Positions 50,598 to 64,000 of a stretch of DNA of 64,000 bases are shown here, one piece after another. The notes beneath the pieces were generated by a model that was given only the letters and a program-made list of their open reading frames with translations, had not been told where the DNA came from and searched no databases. Positions within the stretch are counted from its first letter, which is position 1. Every line of letters begins with the position of its first letter. Origin of the DNA: Catajapyx aquilonaris (lineage: Eukaryota). The translations under genes were made by a program, and so were the position numbers. Where the stretch lies: the NCBI GenBank assembly GCA_000934665.2, contig KZ538187.1:1-64000 (forward strand), given 5' to 3'.

Positions 50598-53500
50598 TTA
50601 CTTCTTGCGTGGGATAAATATGCCATGTATGGCCACGTTACCAGGCACTGCCATATATGCCCTGGCTATTTCCGTTAAGTCCGAAGCATTTAAGAAGGCT
50701 AGGAAATGCTTCCTTCCTGGCCTTACGTCACCCACAGGGACAATCAGAATTCCGTCATCTTCATCTTTGGAGTCAGGACTGTTCACAAAAATAGGCTCTC
50801 CGACATAGCAAAATTCCTCGTGTTCGCGCCATATCTTCACCTCTCGGTTATCAGTGTTGATTTTTGCCATCTGAAAGAATGAGAATTAATGTTAATGAGT
50901 AATGTGCCCAACAATTTTCAAGGGTTCTTATTTGTTTAAAATGCTACTACCATCTTTGTGACATGTTGTGTTAATGCTATCTGTAGTTAATAGCAATAAC
51001 AATTAACATTCACTTACAGAGCACCTGAAGAATCCTGGGTCGATAGTGCCACACACATAGAAATATCGGTACTTTTTGTACCGAAACTGTTCATTGATGA
51101 CTGGTAGATCGCATCCGGGTGGACACAGATCTGTTGGGGTCAACAAAATTGTGTCCTTCTCTACCTTCTCTGCCCTGGCACCTGTTCCGACTTCCACAAG
51201 AAGATTTTGACCCATGGGCACATTCTGGGGGAAATTACAGAAATTAGGAGTCCGCTTGGTGGCTCAAGGATGAACGCTTACTGTTAGTTTCTCCAAGAGA
51301 GGAATAATGAATCTCTGTGGTCTTGCAGGATCCTTAGGGCTGAACTCATTTCTTCTGACTTTATCCAAGTACATTTTTTCCAGCACCTCAGGACTTTTGT
51401 ATGTGATAATGTCAACTATAAGCTGTAATTTAATCAGGTGTAAATGCACAGTTTACATGTCTCTTTCACACAGAGGCTTACCTCGTTTTCTTCCTCGTAT
51501 GCATTAACATGATGGAAAAAGAAGAATGGTTCATTGGACAAGAACTTTGTCTTGATGACCTCACCGGTTGACTTTTTGATCACATGGAACCTATTCTGGA
51601 GTGGGATAGTTTCATAATATCAGTGCTGCGTCTGCATCTGACCGAAAATATGGTCACCTTTTCAGTTGGCATCCACTCAAAGCAATCCTTGAGGGCCAGC
51701 CCTTTTATATTGGTAGCTCCCAGCTTAAAGACATTGATGGTTAAAGGTTGCTCCACAAATATAATGTAGTTTTCACTCATTCCGAAGCTGTGACAGTAGC
51801 TGAATGACAACGACCAGGCCGACGGGATGGTGGCAAAAATGGATGCTCTCTGTAAAGCATCTTTGGCATCACCATCAGAAGACGAGATCTTGATGATGTG
51901 ATGCTTGATCCCGACATTGGTGCTTGCTGCGTAATTATACATAGTCCCAGTCTTATCTTGCAGTGGGTGTATACTAGTAACTATGACACCCAGTGTCTTG
52001 AAGAGGTTCACCTGAAAGTAGATGTTTGGGGTCAAGGCTGTTTTCATTACATACAAAAAGCCTCATCAAGCATACCTTGTCAAGAGTCTCAAGGTCCTTT
52101 GCATTGACCAGATGCAAATGGCATGTCTCGGTGCCACATACCACAGATTCTCCCAGTGGGTACAATCCAGCATTTCCATTGTCTGTGGCGTTATCAACAC
52201 TTGGTACTACCTGCAATACACCTTTAATTAATCAGTGTCACAATGTAGGCATTAAGATATGCTCTATTATAAGCATGCATGTGTTGCAATTAGGATGCGA
52301 ATGATCTCTTTGAAGTGGCTGGTATCATTTCAATAAGTACGTAGTCATGGAGAAATAGTAAAGAAATTTGATTAATTATTATTCAACCTTCTGTAAGACC
52401 TTCAAAAAATGCTTAAGAAATTAATATCCTATTACGTCTTAGAATGCCCAGTCGTGCATATTTTTTCTTGGCATTAAAATCCCAACTGCAATCAAGCTGC
52501 GCAATGGTTAACAATAGGCTAATCCCCCAATAGAAATTACAGGCAAATAATTCCCATTAGGCTACATATTTAATCCCACAATTATTACAGTACAAGAGAA
52601 AAACTAAAGCAATCATTTATCACAAATCCGATCTCATGTAACAACACACTTTTTGAATTAAAACTGGGAGGTATTAAAAATGGATTTTGAGACATGCTTA
52701 CAGACAGCCATCGCGAAATCATTCCCTTTCCTGGGTCTGCATACGCTTTTGTGCCAAACTCTGTCACAAGCGGTCTGTTATGCTTCATCGCTTGCTTATA
52801 TGCCGAGGACTGAAGGAACTTCTGTCTCATGTTCACCTAAAAAAATAATGTCATTAAAATCGCCATTAATATTAAATTTCAATTGGAATTAGAAAAGGCC
52901 ACACATTTATAAATGTAAATTATTTATTGCGACCTCCAAACCACTTCAGTCACCTTTCCATCTCTGATCTCGAAGGCCGTGAGAGCCGCATATCCATCAA
53001 ACCAATGGTTCAATGAGAAATCGTCCAAGTCGTACTTCCCGGGACCAGATCGTAACAATATCCCATCCAACCATGTTGGTATCTGACCTAGAAAAAGAAG
53101 AAGAAAAAAAAAGCGCCATGGGCCAAGGAAGACACGATTTGAATAATAAAACAAATCTGACAATTCCTCTCAGGTGTGTCTGCACATTATACGTTACTCC
53201 GAAGTGTGAAGTCAGGAACTGGAAAAACCTGGCCCCCCCTTTTTTTACGGTTCCTGTTAGCCTTATGCTAAAATGGATTGCCAAATTGCTGACATACGTT
53301 AAAAAGTGTCCAGGACCGTTGTGCGATTATCTGCCAATTCTTGATTAATTATTCGGGCCAAAGAGTACCGTAGAGGCATGCAACACCCGGATTTAAAAAA
53401 AAAAAAAATCTACATTCGTCAACAGCACGACCGGGTTTTTCCGTACATGAATTATGCATATATTCAAACAGGAACCGTAGGTTAAAAATAGAAGCCTAGA

Positions 53501-54317
53501 GGCCTTACTGTGTGCATGTGATGTAATTTTTACCGTTAGGTGTTCTGATGAATAGTAAGGAAAAATTGCGCTTGGTTTGTTTACAGACGAGGTCATCCAG
53601 ACTTGTCCTCAGAACCTTGACTGTTTTCATGGTGTTAAGTTCAAGGTTAAAAATATCATTGAAAGAATTCCGCTATTGCATGTTGGTTAGGGAAATGTCC
53701 GAATAATATAAAAAAACTTGCTAAATTGCAATTGCGATATATTTGCGCAACGACTAATTACACTGCATTATTTCAAAGACACGCGCGGTATTTCAGAGAG
53801 AGAGAGAAAAACTATGGCATGTTGTTGTACCTCGCGTGTATCTGCAAAAATATTGAGAAACTAAATACAATGGTGGATGGGCGGTTCTCTATTTTTTACT
53901 CTCGCAATTCATGATATTGTTGGCAGCTTTCAGGGAAATAACTTTCGCCCTAGACTTGAATACAGAGTTTTGGGGAAACTCTCAACAGCTGATTTCCATC
54001 ACAATATATGCCATTGCAGCTTATCAGCTCTTTCAAGCTCTGATTCTTGCACGCCCGCCCATTCATTACGCACTTTTTAAAAAATACTTTCATTACGGGG
54101 TCTTTTTTACAAAGCACGCATATCTTCATTTCCTCATTGGAACGACGCTACAGTTACATAACTGGTGACAGTACTGGGCAATTTAATATTCATTTTGACA
54201 CCAATGCGCACTTGTCACTATTATGTGATTAATAGGCTACATACCTTCAATTTTGGCTTCAATGGGTTCAATGTACTCTTCAGCATTCCTGAAGATTTCG
54301 TTCAAGTGAAGGTCCAT
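50598..54317 (-). CDS. Carotenoid cleavage oxygenase (BCO/RPE65/NinaB family)
   Basis: Exons 54317-54245, 53087-52954, 52836-52702, 52210-52076, 52011-51658, 51595-51482, 51422-51282, 51224-51018, 50870-50598. Motifs GQIPTWLDG.LLRSGPG, HWFDG, TEFGT. All four Fe-binding His are present (IHP, CHSFG, FHHVNAYE, IHGIF). Confidence 0.93.
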
Positions 54318-57300
54318 GTCTGGTGCTGCTGCAGTGCCCATGTCAACATCCAGAGGCAGAAAACAACACTCTTGTGTTCGCCCCTAACCGCGTGTGAGGA
54401 AAGGACTGCTGACTGCCAGGTACACACAACAAGCAGCCTTGCAAGTCTTGGCTCCCGTCCCGTTATATTCTACTGGTGATGTCACGCGACCTCACGTCTC
54501 TTTTACCCCCAGCCCCTTTTACCAGAAGGGCTGCTTTGCCCTCTGTTGGCCACTCCACGAATCCAAAAACCTCCACATGTATAAACCACATTCTTCTCTC
54601 CAAGCTTATCGTGGTGGCCTGGGGAAAAATGTCACACTTCGTCCCATTGCAAGATAGGCTGGATTTTGTTCAGTTCCAAGGCAACCCAGATATGCATAGG
54701 ACACTGAGTCATTCGATTGTGGTAAAACACAATCCGGCGTAAAACGCATGTGAGAACTCGGTTTTACACGCACTACTGCACAATTTCAAGGCAAATTACT
54801 ACGACACAAATATTTGCATATGATGTAACTGGGGAGCAAAATCTATACGTAATCTGAACCCTGGAGGCGAAGAAAGCTAATTTGCAGCGTTATGCAACAT
54901 TTCCACTCCAGTAATGCGCTAAATTCCAGTAATTTCCTTCGTCCTGTGAGAATTTTTATTATTGACGTCAATGATGAAAGTGGTGATGTGCAAAGCTGGC
55001 TTAAGCTTTACAGTCTCTAATTTTTCATATGCAAGTTTTTGGCGCTTGTGGCATCATTTCCTCGCCTAGGCGTCGATACCATCCGTCTTTCAAAATGTCA
55101 CACCTAACTACAGTCTTTCCGCTGACAACCCCAAGAGCCCGAGGAATTAATTATGCAGGGGGGTGGAGTCGAGAAATTTCATTAATGTGCCGAGAAAGCC
55201 CCCAGAAAAGCACAGGAAGCTACTTAAAACCAGACTATCTTAATTCCCAGTCCACATGTAAGTAAAACACATACGCTAATTGACTTAAAATTTTGCATTT
55301 TTTTTTTACCAAGCGAGAATATATTATGAGATAAAAGGAGACAATGTAACAGTAGACATGAACGTGAAACATGAATAAAAGTATGATTATAGCAAAATAT
55401 TTTTGTCGTTTGGCCTCATATTAGGCCTTTACATTTACATTAATAATAAATTGTGATATTAATAAATTTTCACTCATGATGATACATTTTTTTAACTCGC
55501 CGAACTTTGAGGTGTATGCATACAAATCGTAACTCGATTTTTAATTTTTCTTTGCTAAGACGCACGCTCACATACACTTACTGTATATGAATATAAGGAA
55601 TATGAAGGTCCGCAATATATCATAACTTGTTGTAAAAGCACTATCAGCTTCAGAAGCTACGACGCACTGTAAGTTTATATTTATACGGTCTATCTCAAGG
55701 ACCTAAACTTCTAGTTAGTGTGTACCAAGGAACAACTCTAAGCAAAACCGGCCGTATCTCCCTGAAACTTGTGCATTAGAAGTCAAGTCCTGATGAACGA
55801 TATCAGACCTCGCCGTCTAAGTTAATGAGGTTCGGACGCAATCATGTCGTGAAAATCGGTTTATATATGTTGCGCGAAATCCAGCACAAGCTCTTAGATT
55901 AGGCCCTCAAAGGCCCCGTTGTGTTGCTTCTAGACTAGTCTTATCTATCCGGTGGGATGAAGCCCGGTTTAATTTCGTCTCCGTCAATACCCCCCTTTTT
56001 TTATTGGTCCTTCCTGTCAATCTGCATCAGACAGAAACTTCGATACTAACTAACGAAAAGCCTGACCTTTAACCAGGTACTTATTTTTTATTGCAAAAAT
56101 GACGACGTTCTTTGAAGTTTCGGTAGGGATGCTGGCTGGACCAGAATCCCTCACAAGAGCGAACAGGATTTAAGATGCGGGTACTGGTTAAGTGGATTCT
56201 AAGCTTCAATTGAGATGTCGAGTTCACTCTTGTTACGCCACAATATGACTCGTGCTGTGCTAATCGTCATGTGCTCCTGAGCTGACCACAGCAGCTGAAT
56301 CATTCGCCGGTTATAGACGGTGTTCAGAAAAATGTTGTTGACAATTTTTCTTTAAGAAATATTTTGCCCAACAAACATTGACTTTAGTTCGTACTTTAAA
56401 CCGGATAAGTACTTGTACGCCCCAGTTATTTTCGTTTTGATAAAAACTGGAATTTGTTCACTTCCCACGCACCACACAACCGCTGAACATTAGCTGTCAT
56501 GCTATTAATACTTCCCTAATTTTTTCCCCCTGATATTAACAACTCCTTCTGCATGCAAGTCTGACTACGACATGTCCAATAGTTGCCTAAACTCCGGATG
56601 AAAAATCTGCAGTCTGGTTTGGAATAGTTTAACCCTCCAACTAAAACATGTGGGTCTCGCAATTGCGAGAAAAGCTGTTGCATTTCCCGCCCCTATCGTG
56701 TCGGCTCCTCTTGTGGTTGGTTTCGCAGATTAATCAAACCCGGTTCTAGGGCTGGTAGTGAGCAAACCCGAGCCCAGAACGTGATCGAAATCCCTCGTGG
56801 TGCACATCCGATCCCCCAAGTTCAAGGCCAGCAAGATCCGGAGGATTAAAAAACCATCGATTTCTCCTCAGAGGATTGGATAAATTGGGTAATATTAAAC
56901 CTGGCATCTCGCATTATTATCAGACATTTTTTTTTTTGAGGAATATCCGGTCAAGTTGGCTTCTTTTGAACTCGCAACAAGAAAGATAGATAGAGGTCGT
57001 TATCTGATGCGACAAAAGGGCTCTTGTGTCCTTTAGGAGTGTCTATTGAAAAAGGAGATGGGATGACACGTGGAGCGTTTTATCCTAACGTGACGGTTTT
57101 TCAAAAAAATGTGCAAAGGTCTAAAGGAGTGGCTGTAAAGCTTTTGATATTTGAAGGCCCTTTTTTCATGTGATACTCTGCTGCACTATGGTGTTGGGTA
57201 GTTCGAAGATATTCAATTTACATGTTTGAATTATGCAGCGACTGACCGAAAATGTACTATAAAAATGTCACCATTGATTTAAAAATTTATAATATGAAAG

Positions 57301-60300
57301 TATTTTTAAGGGTATTTTCCGCCTGTTTTACGTGCTCAACCTGCTGCTAAGAGTCTAAAGTTAGGTCATTAGTCTATGACTCAAATATCTGTGCAGGAAC
57401 GACACATATGCTAAAATGAAAGCTTTTGTCGGATTTAATATCAGGTTGAGTGCGGGTTCAATTCGCAGAGTCCAGTGTCAATATGAATATCTATGCGATG
57501 GCACGTGGAGGATGACTCCTAAGCTTCACTGCACGGTGTCATTAAATTCGCCATCTCCAGGACATTAAATTTGGTGATGTACCAGGCACGACAAATAAAT
57601 CCCATTACTTTCCTTGGGAAAATATAAGATTTTCGTTAAAAGTGAACTTAAAACGTGGGCTTCAAGATGCGTGACGCTGCAGGGTTCAGTTTCTAACAAG
57701 TTCATTTTATTCAAATTTTTTGGGGGGAGAGGGCATTGACACCGCTAGAAGCAGAAAAGCAAACCAATAAAATAAGAGATTTATTACCTGACAGAAATAG
57801 GAGCTTACTCGTTATCTGCTCAATCAATCATTTGATGTCAGCAATAATATGTATGTGCATTGCATAAAGGTAGCATCGCCTGTAACAGGTTCTTGGCGTC
57901 GAGGGAACCCTAAAAACCCCTAGTTCTGGTCATTTGCAGCCAGAATCTGATCTGGAGGGCAGATAATGACCCCCACAAGGAGCCAAACGCCAGTCTTTCA
58001 AGCATAACGCTGAAGGAAGTTCGTTAGTTGCAATGTGGTGTGAGGTTACGAACGACATACTTTCTTCAATATGATTATTATTGATCTCTTGAGGTTTGGG
58101 AGGAAGTGCTAGAGCTAGAAACTATATGCACGATAGACTGCACTCGATTTTGAGCTCATTTCGTAATGTAATTTTTTCCTCGCACACAGGATCATCCAAC
58201 AAGGAAGAAAAAACCGGAATAAACAGTAGTTCTGCTCATTTAGTTGTTTACAATAAGCACAAATGTGCACGTGGCTAATTGAATATGAAATTACTGTAGC
58301 TTTGCAATGGCCTCGTGACAGGTTTGTCATATGATGGAAATTTGTTTCGGTAATTATTAATGCTCGTGTGTTGCTGGAAAAATTCTTAGTAGTATAGTGT
58401 CATTCTGTGGCTGATAACGAAAGAAATGGAGACAATGTGCTTTTGAAATTTTCAGCTTGGTCCAAAGGGCCAAGTCCAGATTTCCAAGTCCCACGTGGAT
58501 ATTTGGATGACCCACTCGATCTGAACGACTTTGGACTTTTGCTTGTCAACAATGCTGTGTTTACAGGCTGTGAATATCTGAAAGCAACACCAATTTGCAT
58601 ACATGCTATAAGGTGCATGACTATGCCAAGAGAATCAGTTTTTTGCTGACTTTTACCAATCACGAAATGGGGTTGAGTCATCGTCACTAAAGGATTACAC
58701 AGCAGAAAGGTTCTTTGAGAATTATCCTAGTGTAGTAGTAAAATATTAATTTTCATGTTAGGACTTGACTAAAGGAATTATGTAATAATGTAGAAAGTTC
58801 AATACTGGCAGTGACGCAGGAAATAGGAATATGCAGGAGAAAATTATTCAATGTAATTTTACAATTACGAGATCGATAATCACATTTACCGGTACTTGTT
58901 TTTAAAAACTAGGACAAGTACTTATTCAATAATGCAGGCTTTATCTGTAGTTGTTATGCATAACATGTACACTTTCCAATTTCACAGTAATTTTGAAGAA
59001 TAAAAAAATACGCCCATTGCAAATATTAGCCTCGTACGTAACATAGCTCTCAGTACATCTAATTCCACTCCGCTTGCTTTCCCTGTAGAAGCTTCATTTA
59101 CCGGAGATATGGCAAATTATACAAATTAATAAAGTGGTAATCTCACTTACACAGAATATCGGCTCAAACTGAGGCGGGGAAAGGGAGAAGTTGGAAACCG
59201 CGGAAGGCTATATTATTCGTGAGCGTAATGATAATTGGCCAGGTCATTACGCAGTAACTTGCTTTACATCAGTAGAAATTTCCCTTTCGTTTCTACCGAC
59301 CTTGACAGTTAGATTGCATGCCATATAATGCTTAAACCTCTTATAATGGTTGAAATGCACAGTAAGTTACAGTGCCGTAGAGGTGTAGACAAACAATCTT
59401 CACAATTAGTGACGGAGGAGTGACTTCAAATTGTGGTGGAAAAGCACGTTTTCCTGATCAGATACTGTGCTGGAGTGGAGAAGACTTGGGTGAGAGAGAA
59501 ACCTAGATCCAGAGAGGACAGAGTCGATTTCAAGTCGACCTTTGGAATGGAATGTTCATCTTCCCCACTTGTGTGACAAATCCCCACTTAAAAGATTTCT
59601 GACTCTGAGGAAGGGAATTCCAATTACAGATTCACATTACATCTACTCCCATCGGGAATGCCTACAGGAATTTTATGGAGAGCTCTATTCATTAATTGGC
59701 TTAAGATTGATCTTCGGTGTCGGAATTGATAGCATGCTCTTGTAAGATCTTTAACATTTAAAACTTATCCTATAGAGGCCAAACTTTCCATTGCATTTAT
59801 TTATATTGAATATAAATTAAAGTTCCAGCGGCCATTTATAAACCTCATGTTACACGGTGTAAAAATTATCCGAATTATAGAGTCACAATGTCGAATGTGT
59901 CTACAACTTATGCATTGCACAAACTGACATCGATTACAGTTTGAACCGAATTTGCATGAAAATATTTTAAAATTCATATACTGCCGAAAGAGTGCGAGGT
60001 GTAAGTGACTTGGAGATTGTTTGCCACAATAAGTAAATCCGGAATATGTGTCACCTGAATTTTTGGCTTAAGGCGCGATCGTGAAAGGACCCACCGAAAG
60101 AAGTGCTTCCTCTTGTTTCAGCTAACAGTGATAAATTTTCGCCACCAATAATTCTTCTTCCTTACCTAGAAGCCTATACGTGTTCATGACCAAACCTAAA
60201 CCTCCGCAGCATATATTATAAGCTTAATCCCAATTTGCTCATCATCTGCGTAGGTGTATTTTTCGAAATCATACTGTTGTAATATGGCATGATTAATCAT

Positions 60301-63300
60301 TGCCGACACGACAATACCGCGATAGGTGATAACTATAATGTTTACGCTTATATTTTTCAGCACACCTACACAGAACCTCTCTAGTGGAAATTCAGCCAGC
60401 GATGAATATGACGATCCATTGCGCTTTTTGGTTAAGGGGGAAAACTCATATATTGCAGTAGCTATAGGCTGGGTTCGCGGTATAGCGTGGGCCGTCACAA
60501 ATTGCAAAGACTCATGACTCATATCCCCGTGATTCCTCCACTCTTGACATGAAAATCATCAGCAAAATTTTGCAATCTCTCTCGCAGTCTCAGTCCGCGT
60601 ACATTTTGCGTGAAAATTACCTGAATTTCTGAGTTACACATTTGTAATGTAGTGCACTTTAAAGCCTCAAAATAATTTATAATAATATTATAAATTATTA
60701 ATGGCACTTGATTTTAAAAAAATGTTATTAGCTGTTTCATTTCCCCTGGGCGATCCTTTGGTGTGGATGCAGTATCGTTAGGATATCATACTCGGTTGAT
60801 AGCTTCATCGGTAAAATAATAGACTAATTCCACAGTTGCATCAAGAGTGAAAGATGCGGAAAAGTCTTGACGAGCTTTAATTCCCAGCGAAGTTTAATCA
60901 ATGGGCTTTCATCAAATTTAGAAGGAGACTGATTCAAAGAAATCAGGAAGCTGGAAAAAAAAGGAATGTCTTTTTTTCCACATTTCGTCGCCTAATGGCG
61001 GCCTTAATCTGCGGCAGAAACCGCAGCTGCGATTACCAAAGGACCTATCTTGGCCTGCCTGCTGCTGCTACTGCAGCCGATGTGGTTATTACAGAGACCT
61101 ATTCTTGCACCTAAATAAATTTTAGGGCGTGAGGACATTATCCAGAGGATCTCATAAAATGAACTTCGAGCTCTTTTTTTCACTCGCAAACTCGTTAGTA
61201 ACTCAAAATTACTTTTTTTCTGCACCAAAGCCTTTTCAAAAGTGGCTCTTTTCTTGTGCAAACACTAGAGCCACGTGATGTATGGATCGAAATAAATCAA
61301 TATTCAAATATAGGAGAGCAGATTGTGATGGGCTCAACGTTCTATAAAAATTGTATACTAACTCGCTATAAATAGGGATGACTTTCCAATTTTATGTAGC
61401 CTACAATGCAACAAAAATGGCCTTTCTCCAAACGTGTGGTATCGCAATAAATCAATATTTGAATGTATGATACCATATGCTGTGGTTCTGAATATTGCTA
61501 TTTAAAACCACTAAACATGCAATTATGTTACAGTATAACATTAATTTACTATTATGTGTAGGCAGCTACTACCCACACTTAACTTCAAGATCACTTAGGC
61601 AAATTGTTGTGTTGCGGTGGCAAATCCTTATTTTCCAGGGCTACAGTTTCAAGGCTTATAATGATGGTTGGAAGGTGAGATTCGGAGGTGTAGTCGCACA
61701 CACTGACTAGACAGGTTTACAGTCTAGCACAATGATTAATTAATCCTGCATCGCAGTATCTAGTTTATCCAACAGTGTCGTCGTTTACTTGAAAAAGTAC
61801 AGGGCAGCAGATGTGGGTTCCCGCACACTGTATAGCTTCCTAGCCTGCCTGCTGGTTCCTATCCGAAGCTGTTCGCAAACTCAATTTGCTCTGTTTTGTT
61901 CATGTGTACTCAATGTGACGTACTGGACGGATTTTTCTATGATAGTGACTTTTGTAACAAAATTGGCTAAGTTATTATCGCTTTTGTACAATATTTCTCA
62001 GCCACATGCACAATACAGTTGAGTCGAATGAATGTGTGCAATATATCAAATAAAATTTTGAACAAACGTGTCCTGCCGGTATACGAGTAATAAACACTCG
62101 AGCAAGGTGAACTTAGTTACTGTATATTTTAAAAAAACACACATAATGCGAAATATTTGTAGACAATAGCGTACACTCAATACCTACTAAACAATATATT
62201 CGTCATTTTAATATTAACCATTCTTAAGCTAATTATAACACAATTTGGTGTAGCCTTTCCGGATGACGTCAGTTAACTATCTCAGAACCAGTTTAGTGAC
62301 AATGACATTATTGTTAGCGTAATGGCCCTTATCAAACCTGGATTTCCCGAGCAATTGTCCCAGAAGTTGAAACGAAGCGTGATATTCATAATTGAATCGC
62401 AAAACTATTTCATCGCTAAGCCACTTTCATTAAAGCTCGGTGTCTGCGACTGACTAATGGTGTTTTGAGGTCACGAAGGTAATCAAGTCAGCTGCGAACA
62501 ACAGGACGACATTATTGTATCCATATTTACAAAATTGAGTCGCACTGTTACTATTATTACGCAGAAAGTAATTATCTTCAGGGGGGTGTCCTTATTTGCT
62601 CATGAAAGGCCTCGACCTCCCACGCTGACTTACTACTTAACACATTTCCTTTCACTTAACCCTTGGCATATTGCCTATGAATAGCGGAATATGGAATCAA
62701 TAATTCAGCATAATGCGCACTTATGTTTTACGGAATTATGCTTGTCTTAATGCCTGAATAGCTCAGGAAAATTGAGTTATCTAGAGGAAAAAAGAGAATA
62801 TTTGTCTGCATCGATTACAGGGTTGTGTGGAAGTGAAGCGAGGATTTATCTTCCTGAGAAAATATTGGTTTGAAGAAAGGGCGGCCAAGAGAGATCAATG
62901 TGGAATGGAATGCCTGCCGCTTTGGCCCCCAACCGTACGTTTCCAAAGAGCTATTATCAAGACTATCTTCAAAGGAACTGTTCCAACGGATGGAGACCTT
63001 AAGCATTACTGCTATTAAGTTCGCCCAAATATATATTGATGGCACAGGAGTAGAGTATTAACTTATTTATTCATTTCAATCGACAATTAATAAGCATTGG
63101 ATGCTAGTTGTAACTTGTTAATAAAACTTCCAATGTCTTAAGAATGCAGACGCAAAATTCGTGCAGGAACTTTATCCTGGAGTTAAGGCCGTCCTCCTTG
63201 CAAATATGTTGCGCTGGTTGCGTAAAGAGAATGTTCAAGGATGGAGCTTGCCGTGGTTCAGTATCGCTTTAGTGGAGCTTACTGCTGGATGCTTCGAAAG

Positions 63301-64000
63301 GGAATGGTAAATGTTCCTACTGATTCTGCAACTGCAGGGTCTTGGTTTGAAAGCTACGATCTTGCTGTAGTTTCAGTCTCACATTGCGACAATTTTCTAA
63401 TACTGTATGATTATTCTCTTTCATTACAGCTCACTAAAATAAAGAGTAATTACGTTCATTCGAAAAATAGAAATAAAAATTATCTTCCATACCGTCCTGA
63501 CTCCTCCTCGGTGTGCAAATATGCCAACCTACTGCAAGCGAAAGAAATTCCGCGTACAGTCTGTGGAGGATGTTACACGTGGCAAGAAATTCCAGTGACT
63601 AATGGTAGACAAAAGCAACACTGTGCATATATTTGACTAAAGTTTCTTTGTTGACCATGGTTGATGAGTAAATCAGACACGTGAACACTTTTAACATCTC
63701 AATTCAACCGAGTCTCGAGCTTACGTAATTCAGGTCAACACTTTTTCCATTACATTATATTAGTTATTTGAATAAGACTTGCAGAACTAAAACCGGCTCT
63801 ATATATGCATGCATGTGAGTTATTTGCTCTGCTGTGTGCATGATTTCCATCTGTGTGTTCTGAGCTGTATGAATTAGTGCTGATGAAGCCGATTTGTTTT
63901 TTTTGACGCCATTAAAAATCGACAGGTTGTTTGACCCATTCATTACGCAGATACTGTACAACCATTCCAAAGTCAACCAGCTGTTATCTGCCACGTGACT

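Noticed and set aside
58400..58687. 95-aa minus-strand and 80-aa plus-strand ORFs
   Set aside because: No motifs or supporting exon structure.

Overview
Eukaryotic (animal) genomic DNA. It looks arthropod-like from the protein sequences, but the species cannot be determined. The region ~5-54 kb is gene-dense with many 50-80 nt introns. I reconstructed 11 multi-exon genes by hand: NIT-domain membrane guanylate cyclase (-), SLC46/PCFT-like MFS transporter (+), SNAPC2/SNAP45-like protein (-), alkaline phosphatase (-), viperin/RSAD2 (+), mitofusin (-), MTHFR (+), SCO1/2 (-), CNTD1/COSA-1 (+), SFT2D3-like (+) and a BCO/RPE65/NinaB-family carotenoid oxygenase (-). Introns and intergenic DNA contain TIR elements and MITEs, tRNA-derived SINEs (one with a V-domain), degraded hAT and Chapaev3-like transposase remnants, an ~82-bp minisatellite and two adjoining perfect hairpins. 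The last ~9.5 kb has no recognisable gene. The most notable points are an intron-containing invertebrate viperin with a perfect kB site upstream, a chemoreceptor-like NIT-cyclase, a putative invertebrate SNAP45, MFN-MTHFR linkage, and a divergent carotenoid oxygenase. No database searches were run: family calls come from recognised motifs, and exon boundaries were read manually.
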